Source of the DNA: an uncultured virus (IMG/VR IMGVR_UViG_3300006621_000005)
Taxonomy: Duplodnaviria; Heunggongvirae; Uroviricota; Caudoviricetes
Strand: one strand, 5' to 3'
Virus record (IMG/VR): IMGVR_UViG_3300006621_000005
DNA length: 64,000 nt
The position numbers and the translations under genes are program-made. Numbering within the stretch: the stretch's first letter is position 1; the number at the start of each line of letters is the position of its first letter. This document shows positions 40,272 through 51,643 of this stretch, piece by piece. The notes below the pieces were generated by a model that did not search any database, was not told the DNA's origin, and saw only the letters and a list, made by a program, of their open reading frames with translations.

Positions 40272-43200
40272 ATGGCAAATATAAGTTTTCAACTTAATAC
40301 TACAACAGGATTTACAACTGCAGCAGGTGCAATAGCAAACTGGGGAACCGGTACTGTTATTGATGCTTGGGCTGATACGGGAGGGCCTGATCTTGCCAAT
40401 GGAGAAACGGTTTATCAAAATAATGATGAAAATCCGGATGCAGCTTCAGGTACTTTAAGTGTTCCGTTTGTAGGGAATGCAACTGACTTTTTTGCATTTC
40501 GAAAACAAGATAATACTATTGCTGCGGTTCAAATAGATGCAGCAGGTTTAGTTAGCGCACTTACGACAACGACTACGACTACAAGTAGTACGACTACGAC
40601 ACTACCACAATTTACATGTTCTGACGCTAATGTGTCGATACAGCCTGGTGCAGTCGGCGACCCAGTTTCGGCAACGGTAGATGAAGGCATAGTAGATTCT
40701 ATTACACCTAATACATATCAGCTAGGGAGCACAACTTATGTTGTTGATGTTGAAATACCTGCTGGATATTATGATGAAGGTAATACAATAATCTGTTCAG
40801 TTAATGCAACAGGCACAACGACAACTTTAGCTCAAGCGATTGCTTGGGCCAATGATACCCAATATAATGCTCCTGCCGGCGCATCTAATAGTCTTAGAAC
40901 TTTTACAATTACAAATAACTCAACTGCGTTCGGTGTGAGTAATATTGTCCCTAATCCTAACACGGTCAATTGGATTTCAACTAACGTATCTTCAACTGTA
41001 TCTGGTGGTAGTATTGACTTTGTTATTGCCGCCAACCCAACCGCTAATGATAGAACACAAGCGTTTACATTAGAACACCCAGAGAATGGTACTGTAACTT
41101 CTACAAGTTTAACAATTTACCAAACCGGTGGTAATAACCTTCCAGTAGCTCCTGATTTTACTAGGACAATGATTGAGAATGGTACTCCAATAACTTTAAA
41201 TTTTGCTAGCGGTAGTGGTTGGGGAGTTGGCGCGGGCCAACAGAGTAATGTATCTGATGCTGAAGATAGCTTTGGTAACGGACTAACTATTGAAATGATT
41301 AGCGTACCACCGAATGGTAATATTCAGGATGCAAATGCACAGGGGACAAATTTAACGGCAGGTGCTGTTTTAACTGGAAATTCACCTTCTATAATATATA
41401 CGCCTAACCAGGATTATACAGGTACTGATACCTTTTCATATAAAGCTGTAGATAGTGACGGTGGCGAATCTACAGGAATTATTACGGTTACCGTCAGCGA
41501 GCCACAAAATCAGCCACCAGTTCCTGGAGATGACTTATATTCTATTAATGGATATGGTAGTACTAGTATATCAATTCAAAAAGATCTTGCTTCAGCTGGT
41601 TCAACAGATGATAATGATAACCCGGCACTTCTAACGTATACTTTATGTGATAATACAGGTGGTCCACTAACTGAAGCTCAAGTTGCTGCAAGTTTACTGC
41701 TTGGTGACTTTGAAGTTAACCAAGGTGTAGGTGCTTTTACATTTACTTATACAAAAAAGAGTAGTGTTAATTTAACACCTAATGATAGTACTCAAGACGA
41801 GTATTTTTATTACAAGGTAACAGATCAAAATGGTGCAACATCAAGTGGTGTGGGTACAATTACATTAAGAGTTGTTGCACCTGGTAATAATCCTCCAACG
41901 TTTTCAAATACTACGTTTAATGCTACTTTAGATCAATGGAGTAGTACAGGTGGTACGGCTTCTGCTTCTGACTCCAATACTGGCGATACATTAACATGGA
42001 GTATTGTATCAGGGCCAACATCAGCGAATGGCACTTCTAATCCTGGGTCTTTAAATTTAAATCCTCAAACAGGCGAATGGCAATATGAGGCTAGCTATAA
42101 TGTAACTCAAGCAGATACAATTACGTTTCAAATACAGGTTTATGATGGGTATGGATATGCAGCGACACCATATACTGCGCAAATAAACATTACCCCAACT
42201 GCCGCAATCTTAATAAAGTATTCTGCGTTCGTAACAAACTCAGACGAAGCGTGTTCAGCAACTAGAAATAATAATGGTTATTTAGATGCAACTAGTGGAA
42301 ATACCAACATAGCTAGTTTAACACCAGGTGATATAATATACTTGGATGCTGGTTTTAATACACCGCTTGTAGCTTCAAATTTAGCCGCTCGTTGGTTATC
42401 GGTTTCACCTGCTACTGGTGGAGATGCTAAAGCAATACAACTAGATACAACCACTTCAGGTAAAATAGAAACTATTGTAGAGTGTCAAGTTAGTTTAGGA
42501 AACGCATGGGAACTAATAGTTAACTTTGATGAAGATGTAAATGATTTATGTGCAGGAACTTATGGGTACGGAGGTCAAACTGTTTGGCAGAATGTTTTAA
42601 ATCCAGGAGCGGGTACTGTAACTTTAAATGATGTTGTACAGGCCGGCGGTCAAATATTTACTGATGAGGTTATAGCAAATACATATCTTAGTAATTCTGC
42701 ACCTGCTGAGTTTACAGCGTTAACAGGTTACTATAACGATAGTGCATCAAGTGGTGATAATAAATACTTTGAGTTTCAACAAGGTGTTTGGGTAGAAGCA
42801 AGTGAAGGTTACGCACAAGACTGTCCAGAATTAATAAAATTCCAAACATACGATGTAGGTGTTTACTATAATGCAGTAGATCCTATTAGAATTGATAATG
42901 TTTGTTTAGCTGATACTGGTGATTTAGTTTTTGCTAAACTTTATTTTAGAGCTAACCAAGAAGACTTAGTACAGAATTTATCGGAAGGTGATAAACTATT
43001 ATACATATTACAACATAATCTAGTACCTTTTACTTCATTAGAGGCTGCAAACCAGGTTGATTACACTTTATCTTGGCCAAGTACTACGTTCTTAGCTAGT
43101 AAAGTTTCTAATGGAAACTATTCATTAGATGCAGCTAGATACTTTACTGTTTGGGAAAACTATAACTCAAGTGGTTACACTGGTAACTATTCATGGAAGG

Positions 43201-46200
43201 GTGTAGTTCAAAACGATACAGATTTATTACAAGGTAGCACTGGTAACGCTAGTACTGCAGATACTATTACAATTTTAGGTACATGTAGTACTCAGTTTGA
43301 AAGACCTGCTGGTTCTTTAACATTTGACATAGGAACGCAATTGGCCTCTAGAGAAAATGTATTTTATGCATTTTTATCATGTGTTGCAAGATTCCAAGAC
43401 GGATCTCCTTACTGGAATTTATACATAGTAGACGGTTTACATAAAGATACTGATAATGGTAGTTCTTATATAAAAGAATTACATGAGGTTATTGGTGATA
43501 GAGGAATAATAAACGGGCCTACTGTATTAGAATGCATGTCAATGCAGCATAAAATTCTTGCTGTTAATATTGAGGATGCTCAAGATATACTAAATAATAT
43601 ATCAGAATATAATAATGATTCTATTAGAACAGTTCAGGTTAATCCAGTTGATTTAGGGCTATCCTCTGCGGCTGTTATTAATTATGGATATACTGATTGT
43701 GGAGGTTGTTTGATGCAAACAGAGCTGCCCCAAACATACACACTAGCGACGGTTGATGATGCTGATATTATTAATAAATCAATTCCTAATTTTGACTTAG
43801 AAAAGAATTATAGTTTAGATGATGTTTCTAAACCCTTATTAAGAACAAACCCCAAATTATCAACTAACGCGAAATTAGTAGTTAATAGTGGTGGTAAAAT
43901 GTATATTGAGTCAATAGAGGCTACAAAAGAGTTAGCGTCAGTTGAATATAAGAAATGGGCAGTTAATAAAGACGGAGAATGGGCATACGATCTACAAAGA
44001 TTCTTTAAAAATACTAAAACTCCTGCAGACCAAATATACAAAGTAAAAGAGTCTTACTCAAACTTTGCAGTACAAGAGACTTTTGAAAATCAAATAGAAG
44101 AGGATTACCATTATGGTACAGTCTATAACTATTCTAAGATTCATGATGAAGACTTTAGAATGATGGCTCCTATTTGGTTAGATAAAACGATACCGAATAA
44201 ATTTGTAATCTTTAGAGTAAAAGATCCTATCGGTACTCTAGATTTTGATGTGCAATCTAATTTAGATAATATTAAAGAGATTTTAAAGAATAGTGAAATT
44301 GTAAAAACATTTGATTTATCTAGAGATTCTGAATTAGGTACGTATATTAGAAACCACATACAATCTGAGTCATTCCCTAAAACTCCAATTACAATGAACT
44401 TTGATAAATTACAAAGGTCTTCATTTAATGGTATTGATTTAGAAAACGGAGGATTTACTTCTAAAGGAGAATATTTAGATAGCGACTTTATTAGTCAAGA
44501 TTCTACATTAATAGATGCTAATGAATTAATTACAAGTGGGTTCCAAAGAAATAAATTAGCATGTGCTAATTTAATAAACCTAGAGTTCTTATTTAATGAT
44601 GATGCTGCTACTGATTATTCTGTTAGTAGATATTTTGGTTTATATGTAAATGATATTGATTCAGGCTATGGTACATTAGATTCTGCAAATACAGGAAGGC
44701 TTAAGTTTAAAACTATTAATTCATATATTAATAATGAAAATTCATCTGCTATTCCACCATATAAGTTAGTATCTGAAACTCCTATATTAGGGTACGCTGC
44801 AACATCTGATAAATTCTATAAAATATCTCCAAAGACTGTATATAACCCTGGTAACCTAGAGTTAAACGTTGAAGATTCTAGAAATTCAATAGCTTCAGAA
44901 ATTAAATTAGCTGAAACTGGAAATTCAATCGATATAAAAGTTGATGGAAAACCAGGTAGCGACTTTGTAAAAGTAAGTATCTTAGATAATCCTGCGGTAA
45001 ATGATGGATTTGCAATATTCCCTTCAAAAGAACAGACTTATAGACTTAAGTTTACTAGGTTAATTCCACAACAAGCATTGGGACAAGAGAGTTGGAAATT
45101 TACAATAGTTAATCCTACTGATGGCCAACTTTTAGATTTCGGACCTATTTACATTGACGCTGGTGGTATACAAGGCGTTGCTAATTATATTCAGGCTAGA
45201 ATTGGAGAAGAGGATCAATTTACTGGTAATAAATTATACCCTGAACTTTACAATAATTTAAATATTGAGATAGAGTCAGATAGATCTATTATATTATCAG
45301 AAAAAAGAGCTACATTAAAGCCACTACAGCCTGATTTTATCCCATGGCAATCAAACGGTGTTAATAATTCTATTGTTAGAATTGAAGAATTACAAGTACC
45401 TTATGATATTGATAATAATACTTTCTTTGCATTAGATATACCAGCGGGTCAATTTGGTGGAGTTAATTTCTCTAACCAAGGAAGCATACCTCAGGTTACG
45501 AGTGCAATAGTAAAATCTATTAACTCTATAGATAATGGGTTTACAGCATTATCATACGATGGAGCTGACCACTTCTATATTAAAACAGATGTACAAGGTT
45601 ATAGACTATTATCTGCTGGTATTGCAATTCCTAATGCGAATGCTAATCAGTGGATTAGTGTTGATTCAAATAATCTAGATGTTAATAATTTACTTAGATT
45701 AGATATTAATGATTGTAATAGCCCAGAGAATTGTAATACAATTAATAATAGTTCAATATATTATTTTAATGGTGGTAATTCAACTGGTAAGTCAATATTA
45801 GTGACATTAGATTCTGCTAGTGATATTAACGTAAATGATTATATTAACACAAAATCTAGAGGTATCTATAATAAGGTTATCGATATTGTAGATGATATTG
45901 AAAGACTACCTTTACAATATAAGAAAATTGTATTAGAAAAACCTAATACGATTGATGCTGGTGAAATTAAAACCTATGCAGATAATTTAGTTAAAGTAGG
46001 TTTATTTTCTGCGTTTGATATTCATGATATGAATTTTGATTTTTATGATGTTTCAAATTCAGACTTAAAGGAATTAGTTTATGAGACTCCGGTTAATATA
46101 GCATACGAACCTGAACAAGATGATTCAAATGACATATACCCATTTGGTAGTAAAGAAAATACAGAATATACATTAGACCCAATTGATTACTTTAGTGGAT

Positions 46201-48770
46201 TAAGTGATATTTTATTAGAAGAACAAGCGGATGAATTTAATGAAAATCAAATTACTAGTGAGTTTGATAGATTACAAGAAAATTATTTAAAAGAGTACGC
46301 TATCAATTCAAGAGTAGTACCTTCTATTAATAAATGGGTACTAAAAGATAGTTTAACTGTTAGAGAACAACCATACTACCTAAATGCTAATGAGGCCTTT
46401 GGTAGATCTAATTTTGCACCTGATTTATCTGCCGATGGTAGAAATAGATTAGGTATGACACATGAATGGTTTTATATTAATAATTTACCTACATATTTTA
46501 AAAATAATATAGGTAGTGATGCAAATCCAGTATATAGGCTAAATGATTCTTTTAGTTATATTAATTTTATGGATAACTTTGAGATTACTCCTGCTATATT
46601 TAAAGATACTAATTATGATTATTTTGATAGATTCTTTGTAACAGAAGGATTCGAGACAAAGGGTAATAATAACTATAAAACTTTTGTAAAAACAGATAGA
46701 CAGAAAAAGTATACTAGGGTTGAAGGTGGTAATAATACTGCATTTGCGAATACTATATTTAAAGGTTTAAAATTTATATTTAAAGGTAGAAAAGAGTTTG
46801 TTGCCTCTAATCCAGTAGATTTTATTAAGTCTTCTGAATTTAATGGGTATAGATTTAGTGTTTTACTAAACGTAAAAACAGCACAAGAATCAAACGGTAT
46901 TGAATATGAAGTAATACAAAATAAAAAGTTTAAGTTTGTAGTCTTTATGATTTCATTAAGTCTAGATGATTTATGGTCAGATAATACTTTAAATAGAAAA
47001 TTATTATATGAATTAAACCATTCATTAGTTTGGAAATCAGAAAACCTAACGTTTGAATATTCAGATATTAAAATCGACGGAGCTCTTAACTTACAAGATG
47101 CTAATTTCACAGACCCAAGTGCTTCTAATTATTTAGAGGTAAATGGGTTCCAACATACTGATGGTTCATTTCCTCAATTTTTAGAGCAAATTAATAAGGA
47201 TGATGATTCTAAGTTTGGTAACTTAATAGTTAAAATAGAATCTCCATTTGGTGAAATGTTCTTAAGATTAAATATTGCAAGATTAGATGGACAAGATACT
47301 TTAGTATTATCGCAACCGCCTAAAGATATTTCAGATGGCGATAATGGTGATGGGTTAGATTCAAATGGTATTCCACTAACTCCGAATGCAAATTTACAAA
47401 ACATACCTGCGTATTTGCAAACATCGGCAGAATATACTTATGAAAAAGGTGGTATAAATGCATATAAATCTATTTTAGATGCTTTGGCTGCTAGAGATGT
47501 GGCGACAATGCTACTAAGAGAACCTAACAATATAACATTTACAACTGTAAATAATGATGGACAGATTTTAAATAACCAATTCGTTATTAATGTAGAAGAT
47601 GGTACTGAAATTGTAAAAGATTCTAAAGTTCAAACTATCCCAGATACAGATAAGCCAGAATCTTTTAAATTATTTTCAGGTAATATTGGTTATGATTTAA
47701 CAGATGGTTTTACGTATTACCCATTCCTGGTTAGACAAAATGGTGGATATACAGTTGATACTAAACCAGTGGTTACTTTTACAGATGTATATAGCCACAT
47801 GAAAACTAATACTTTACAGAGTACATCTGATTCTACAGAGATAATTTTAGAAGAGCAAATGTATAAACACTCTCTAACGAATATAGATGAGATTAATCTT
47901 GCGAAAGATTACTATAAGAGATATAATAGATGTGGTGTTTCATTTAACTTAGGATTTATATATGATGGTGGTACGCATGATGCTCGATGGGGTTATATTA
48001 AAAACCATTTCTATAGAAAGGTAAATGAATTTAATGCAGCATCGGTAACTAAACTATCAACATCTACAGATAAATTACCTCTTTACCCTCTAATTGGTGA
48101 AGTTGCTATTGATAAAAAAGATATACATGTATTTAAATCTTCATGGGATAAAAACTATTATACTCGATCTTTATCTGGTGGAAATATTGAACAGGTTCCT
48201 GGTACGTTTGAAACTAAAGAAGAGAAATCATATTTGGCTTCAACTATTATGAAAGTAAAAGATAGCTATAATTTACTTAATTTTACTTCAGAATATGTTG
48301 GATCAGAGGAAGAACAAGATGTAATTTTATTAGATAATACTAATACTAGTGATTTAGTTATCTTTGAAAATAAAGATCGTATTGTTATAGATTTTTATAT
48401 TACAGATACTATTAAAGATAAATTATCATCGGATGGAGTATTCAATGCAATTCAACAGTATGTTGAGGTGGCTGATTCTGCTGAAGATAAAACCACTTTA
48501 GTTGATGATGCTCAACTTTACATTGAAGAAAATTTGGTTAACCTATTTAGCCTAAATCAAATTAAGCTATTTACGCGTAGAATCAAAGGACAGTTTTCAG
48601 CTTTTGAAAATGCAGCTACTATCGACGCGTTGGATGATGGTGGATATACACAAGATCAAAATTTTACTTTTAGGGCTCACGAACAAAAGCCCCTTAATTT
48701 TAGATTGATATATAATAAAAGATTAGGTTACTCTTATAGAATAAGACCTATGATAAAAATAACGTCATAA
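40272..48770 (+). CDS. giant virion protein (2832 aa): N-terminal adhesin region (Thr tract, BACON, Big_9/cadherin-like repeats) fused to a large structural C-terminal region
   Basis: NWIST...AANPTANDRT...TIYQ (BACON-like); YTPNQDYTGTDTFSYKAVDSDGG, NQPPVPGDD, NNPPTF (Ig/cadherin-like). Confidence 0.8.
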   Translation: MANISFQLNTTTGFTTAAGAIANWGTGTVIDAWADTGGPDLANGETVYQNNDENPDAASGTLSVPFVGNATDFFAFRKQDNTIAAVQIDAAGLVSALTTTTTTTSSTTTTLPQFTCSDANVSIQPGAVGDPVSATVDEGIVDSITPNTYQLGSTTYVVDVEIPAGYYDEGNTIICSVNATGTTTTLAQAIAWANDTQYNAPAGASNSLRTFTITNNSTAFGVSNIVPNPNTVNWISTNVSSTVSGGSIDFVIAANPTANDRTQAFTLEHPENGTVTSTSLTIYQTGGNNLPVAPDFTRTMIENGTPITLNFASGSGWGVGAGQQSNVSDAEDSFGNGLTIEMISVPPNGNIQDANAQGTNLTAGAVLTGNSPSIIYTPNQDYTGTDTFSYKAVDSDGGESTGIITVTVSEPQNQPPVPGDDLYSINGYGSTSISIQKDLASAGSTDDNDNPALLTYTLCDNTGGPLTEAQVAASLLLGDFEVNQGVGAFTFTYTKKSSVNLTPNDSTQDEYFYYKVTDQNGATSSGVGTITLRVVAPGNNPPTFSNTTFNATLDQWSSTGGTASASDSNTGDTLTWSIVSGPTSANGTSNPGSLNLNPQTGEWQYEASYNVTQADTITFQIQVYDGYGYAATPYTAQINITPTAAILIKYSAFVTNSDEACSATRNNNGYLDATSGNTNIASLTPGDIIYLDAGFNTPLVASNLAARWLSVSPATGGDAKAIQLDTTTSGKIETIVECQVSLGNAWELIVNFDEDVNDLCAGTYGYGGQTVWQNVLNPGAGTVTLNDVVQAGGQIFTDEVIANTYLSNSAPAEFTALTGYYNDSASSGDNKYFEFQQGVWVEASEGYAQDCPELIKFQTYDVGVYYNAVDPIRIDNVCLADTGDLVFAKLYFRANQEDLVQNLSEGDKLLYILQHNLVPFTSLEAANQVDYTLSWPSTTFLASKVSNGNYSLDAARYFTVWENYNSSGYTGNYSWKGVVQNDTDLLQGSTGNASTADTITILGTCSTQFERPAGSLTFDIGTQLASRENVFYAFLSCVARFQDGSPYWNLYIVDGLHKDTDNGSSYIKELHEVIGDRGIINGPTVLECMSMQHKILAVNIEDAQDILNNISEYNNDSIRTVQVNPVDLGLSSAAVINYGYTDCGGCLMQTELPQTYTLATVDDADIINKSIPNFDLEKNYSLDDVSKPLLRTNPKLSTNAKLVVNSGGKMYIESIEATKELASVEYKKWAVNKDGEWAYDLQRFFKNTKTPADQIYKVKESYSNFAVQETFENQIEEDYHYGTVYNYSKIHDEDFRMMAPIWLDKTIPNKFVIFRVKDPIGTLDFDVQSNLDNIKEILKNSEIVKTFDLSRDSELGTYIRNHIQSESFPKTPITMNFDKLQRSSFNGIDLENGGFTSKGEYLDSDFISQDSTLIDANELITSGFQRNKLACANLINLEFLFNDDAATDYSVSRYFGLYVNDIDSGYGTLDSANTGRLKFKTINSYINNENSSAIPPYKLVSETPILGYAATSDKFYKISPKTVYNPGNLELNVEDSRNSIASEIKLAETGNSIDIKVDGKPGSDFVKVSILDNPAVNDGFAIFPSKEQTYRLKFTRLIPQQALGQESWKFTIVNPTDGQLLDFGPIYIDAGGIQGVANYIQARIGEEDQFTGNKLYPELYNNLNIEIESDRSIILSEKRATLKPLQPDFIPWQSNGVNNSIVRIEELQVPYDIDNNTFFALDIPAGQFGGVNFSNQGSIPQVTSAIVKSINSIDNGFTALSYDGADHFYIKTDVQGYRLLSAGIAIPNANANQWISVDSNNLDVNNLLRLDINDCNSPENCNTINNSSIYYFNGGNSTGKSILVTLDSASDINVNDYINTKSRGIYNKVIDIVDDIERLPLQYKKIVLEKPNTIDAGEIKTYADNLVKVGLFSAFDIHDMNFDFYDVSNSDLKELVYETPVNIAYEPEQDDSNDIYPFGSKENTEYTLDPIDYFSGLSDILLEEQADEFNENQITSEFDRLQENYLKEYAINSRVVPSINKWVLKDSLTVREQPYYLNANEAFGRSNFAPDLSADGRNRLGMTHEWFYINNLPTYFKNNIGSDANPVYRLNDSFSYINFMDNFEITPAIFKDTNYDYFDRFFVTEGFETKGNNNYKTFVKTDRQKKYTRVEGGNNTAFANTIFKGLKFIFKGRKEFVASNPVDFIKSSEFNGYRFSVLLNVKTAQESNGIEYEVIQNKKFKFVVFMISLSLDDLWSDNTLNRKLLYELNHSLVWKSENLTFEYSDIKIDGALNLQDANFTDPSASNYLEVNGFQHTDGSFPQFLEQINKDDDSKFGNLIVKIESPFGEMFLRLNIARLDGQDTLVLSQPPKDISDGDNGDGLDSNGIPLTPNANLQNIPAYLQTSAEYTYEKGGINAYKSILDALAARDVATMLLREPNNITFTTVNNDGQILNNQFVINVEDGTEIVKDSKVQTIPDTDKPESFKLFSGNIGYDLTDGFTYYPFLVRQNGGYTVDTKPVVTFTDVYSHMKTNTLQSTSDSTEIILEEQMYKHSLTNIDEINLAKDYYKRYNRCGVSFNLGFIYDGGTHDARWGYIKNHFYRKVNEFNAASVTKLSTSTDKLPLYPLIGEVAIDKKDIHVFKSSWDKNYYTRSLSGGNIEQVPGTFETKEEKSYLASTIMKVKDSYNLLNFTSEYVGSEEEQDVILLDNTNTSDLVIFENKDRIVIDFYITDTIKDKLSSDGVFNAIQQYVEVADSAEDKTTLVDDAQLYIEENLVNLFSLNQIKLFTRRIKGQFSAFENAATIDALDDGGYTQDQNFTFRAHEQKPLNFRLIYNKRLGYSYRIRPMIKITS
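48707..48714 (+). promoter_or_regulatory. GATATATA putative late promoter inside upstream CDS
   Basis: 68 nt before ATG 48775. Confidence 0.6.
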
Positions 48771-48774
48771 GAAG

Positions 48775-50847
48775 ATGGCCATTAATATACAAGAAATACT
48801 ACACCCTAGTGATTCGGACGCTATTAAGTTTGAGAAGATAAACTATAACTTTGATCAAATTGTAGCGAATGGCGGAGGTCCTTCTGGTCAGAAGGGTACC
48901 CAAGGTATACAAGGTACCAAGGGTAATACTGGTAGCAAGGGGCAAAAAGGTGATGTTGGACCACAGGGTTTAACAGGTGCAACAACCTCACCATGGCATG
49001 TTATTAATGTCAACCCTAACTCAGAAAATGAGACATATTCTATATTAAAGCCTAAAATTACAACTGATAATTTACACCCTACTATATTTTTAGGAGATCA
49101 GACATTTAACGAAAATACACCGGCTGATGGTTGGACCTCTTTAAGAGCTACGTTAACTATTGGTAAACATGCACAAGGCGTACAAAATGGTTTAGACTCT
49201 GACGAATATTTAAGACTATGGCACGGTGCTGATAATGGTGGTAAAAATGTATCTATTGATATATCTTCTAGTAACGAACCAGATGGTTCTGTTAAGTATC
49301 TTTTTGGAAAATCATTTGATTTAGATGCTGCGGTTAATGTAGAGTTTAATGCTGCTTTTGATAAATTTTCTATTGCAGATAACTCATCATTTAAAGTACC
49401 TTCAAATAATACATTATCCCCAGAGCCAGGTCTTATTAGATATAACTCTAGTACTAATGTATTTCAAGGTGGTATTTTAGATGGTAATGGAAATGTTAGT
49501 TGGGTAGACTTCTGTATGGCTCCTTGTGGACAAGGTGGTGGAGGTTACAGTATTAATATTGAACCAGATGGTGATCTAATGGTTAATCAATATGGTACTC
49601 CTTATACGATAATTGATCCGTCTATTAATTTAATCCCGCCTACTGATAGTTACGAGTATGATAATACCGGTAACGAATGGTCTGGTGTACAAGTTACAAC
49701 AACAACAACGAACGCTCCAAACACATATCAATTAACGTTCCCTAATGGAGATAATAGTGCATCTATTGCACAAGCAGGTGGTACAGTTAGTATCGACTAC
49801 TTAGCACAAGTTAATAACACCGGTGATTTCACACTGACAGTACAACCAACATCTAGTCAATCATGGGCTGCAGTTGATGCATATTTTGATACAGTAGATC
49901 TTTTAATTAGTCCAAACAATACTTATAGTACTAGAAGTGCAACGATTACGTTAGTACACCCACAAGATAGTGGTACAACTGCGACAATTACAATTTCACA
50001 AGCTGCGTTAGCTGCAACAACTCAGGCTCCTGCAACGACTCAGGCTCCTGCAACGACTCAAGCTCCTACAACGACTCAAGCTCCGCTACCAACATATACA
50101 GTTGGAATGGTGGCCCTACAAGTTAGCGATGGTGTAGAAGGTGCTCAGGCAAATATGACTTGGTCGAACAATGGTCAAGTAGTTTCATTTACCCCTACAA
50201 CATTACAAGAGGGTAGTAGCACATATACTTTAACTATTACTGTACCTAGTGGATATAGTAACACAGGACAACAAGTGGTTGCAACAACTACAGCGGTCGG
50301 AGAAGAAGTCTATAAAATTGTTTACGATCCTAATGGAGGTACGCTTGGTAGTGGATCGAGCGGAATACCAGATACAGTAGGTGTACACCCATTATCAGTA
50401 TCTGCTAATACATCTTATGTCCGTGATGGCTATACATTTAATGGATGGAATACTAGTTTTTATGGAACTGGAACATCGTATAACACGGGGTCACAGCCTG
50501 CAGTATCAGTATATAATGATACTGATGGAATTTATGATAAAGTGACTCTTTATGCGAAATGGGCATCAAGCGCAACAACTACAACTACTACAGCACCAAC
50601 TAACAATTGTGTGCAGTATGTAATAACTAGTAACCAAGTAGGAAGTGAATGTAACATAGCGATATGGCAAGAATGTGGCGGAAGTGTTCAAATGTCATCT
50701 CCGATTGGTCAGGCTAACTCGAGTAACTGTGGTGGTTATGGTCAAAATGCACTTACAGTATGTGCTGAAATTAACGAAAATTACCCGAACGGACCAGTAT
50801 GGCAAAGTGGTGGAGGTTCTATTACATACAATAGCCCATGTTACTAA
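48775..50847 (+). CDS. tail fibre/adhesin: anchor motif, collagen-like repeat, BACON, TTQAPA repeats, Listeria-Bacteroides repeat
   Basis: KINYNFDQI; 12 G-X-Y triplets; SW...ISPNNTYSTRSATITL...ITISQ; YDPNGG...RDGYTFNGWNT...VTLYAKW. Confidence 0.85.
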   Translation: MAINIQEILHPSDSDAIKFEKINYNFDQIVANGGGPSGQKGTQGIQGTKGNTGSKGQKGDVGPQGLTGATTSPWHVINVNPNSENETYSILKPKITTDNLHPTIFLGDQTFNENTPADGWTSLRATLTIGKHAQGVQNGLDSDEYLRLWHGADNGGKNVSIDISSSNEPDGSVKYLFGKSFDLDAAVNVEFNAAFDKFSIADNSSFKVPSNNTLSPEPGLIRYNSSTNVFQGGILDGNGNVSWVDFCMAPCGQGGGGYSINIEPDGDLMVNQYGTPYTIIDPSINLIPPTDSYEYDNTGNEWSGVQVTTTTTNAPNTYQLTFPNGDNSASIAQAGGTVSIDYLAQVNNTGDFTLTVQPTSSQSWAAVDAYFDTVDLLISPNNTYSTRSATITLVHPQDSGTTATITISQAALAATTQAPATTQAPATTQAPTTTQAPLPTYTVGMVALQVSDGVEGAQANMTWSNNGQVVSFTPTTLQEGSSTYTLTITVPSGYSNTGQQVVATTTAVGEEVYKIVYDPNGGTLGSGSSGIPDTVGVHPLSVSANTSYVRDGYTFNGWNTSFYGTGTSYNTGSQPAVSVYNDTDGIYDKVTLYAKWASSATTTTTTAPTNNCVQYVITSNQVGSECNIAIWQECGGSVQMSSPIGQANSSNCGGYGQNALTVCAEINENYPNGPVWQSGGGSITYNSPCY
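48877..48984 (+). repeat. collagen-like Gly-X-Y repeat
   Basis: GPSGQKGTQGIQGTKGNTGSKGQKGDVGPQGLTGAT. Confidence 0.9.
50014..50085 (+). repeat. 18-nt tandem repeat encoding ATTQAP x4
   Basis: GCAACRACTCARGCTCCT units. Confidence 0.9.
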
Positions 50848-50859
50848 ACCCTTAAAATT

Positions 50860-51640
50860 ATGAAAGACAAAATAAAAAATATANNNNNNNNNNNNNNNNN
50901 NNNNNNNNNNNNNNNNNNNNNNNNNNNNNNNNNNNNNNNNNNNNNNNNNNNNNNNNNNNNNNNNNNNNNNNNNNNNNNNNNNNNNNNNNNNNAATTTTAA
51001 AGCAGCTCAAGACTCAGTTACAATACTAAGAAATGATAATGGCGATCAACTTGCTCAAATTAGATCTTATGAATTTGATTTATCAAATATGGAATCTAGC
51101 CAAGCTAAGTTAACGAAGAAGTATCAAAAAGCGTTAGCTTTAAACAAAGATTTAAAAGAGGTTAATTCATTAATATCAGCTAACTTAGAAATTAAAGATA
51201 GTTTAGATGTAACTACTACAACTGAGACTATAGACACGACAACTACTAAAGTTACATTTGCATCATCAGAAGATTTTGGTAATGGTAACTCTAGGAAATT
51301 AACAGGGTTTTCTACATTTAAATATGAATTTGAACAATTTAAAGTATTAGAAACTAAATTTGAGTTAACACAAACTTTAAGCCTGATGGCTGCAATTGAG
51401 AATGTAGATGGAGCTGATAGATTAAAGTTATCAACAAGCTACCCTGGATTAGAGATTAAAGATATTGAAAATATTAATTTAGTAAATAGTAGATTGAATA
51501 GAAGAGACCAAAAAAAATCTAGATGGTTAGTTGGTTTTGGAGTTGGATATGGTATTAACTTAAATAACGATCAAGTAATTAGTACTGGGCCTTCAATAGG
51601 TGTGGGACTTTACTGGTCACCTAAATTTTTACAATTTTAA
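50860..51640 (+). CDS. coiled-coil protein with C-terminal amphipathic beta-strands (possible lysis/outer-membrane protein); N-terminus in gap
   Basis: ATG 50860 (MKDKIKNI), gap 50884-50992, then open frame; ends WLVGFGVGYG...PSIGVGLYWSPKFLQF. Confidence 0.6.
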
Positions 51641-51643
51641 AAC

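Noticed and set aside
40272..50847. Diversity-generating retroelement acting on the adhesins
   Set aside because: No reverse transcriptase and no adenine-specific template/variable repeat pair noticed in the window
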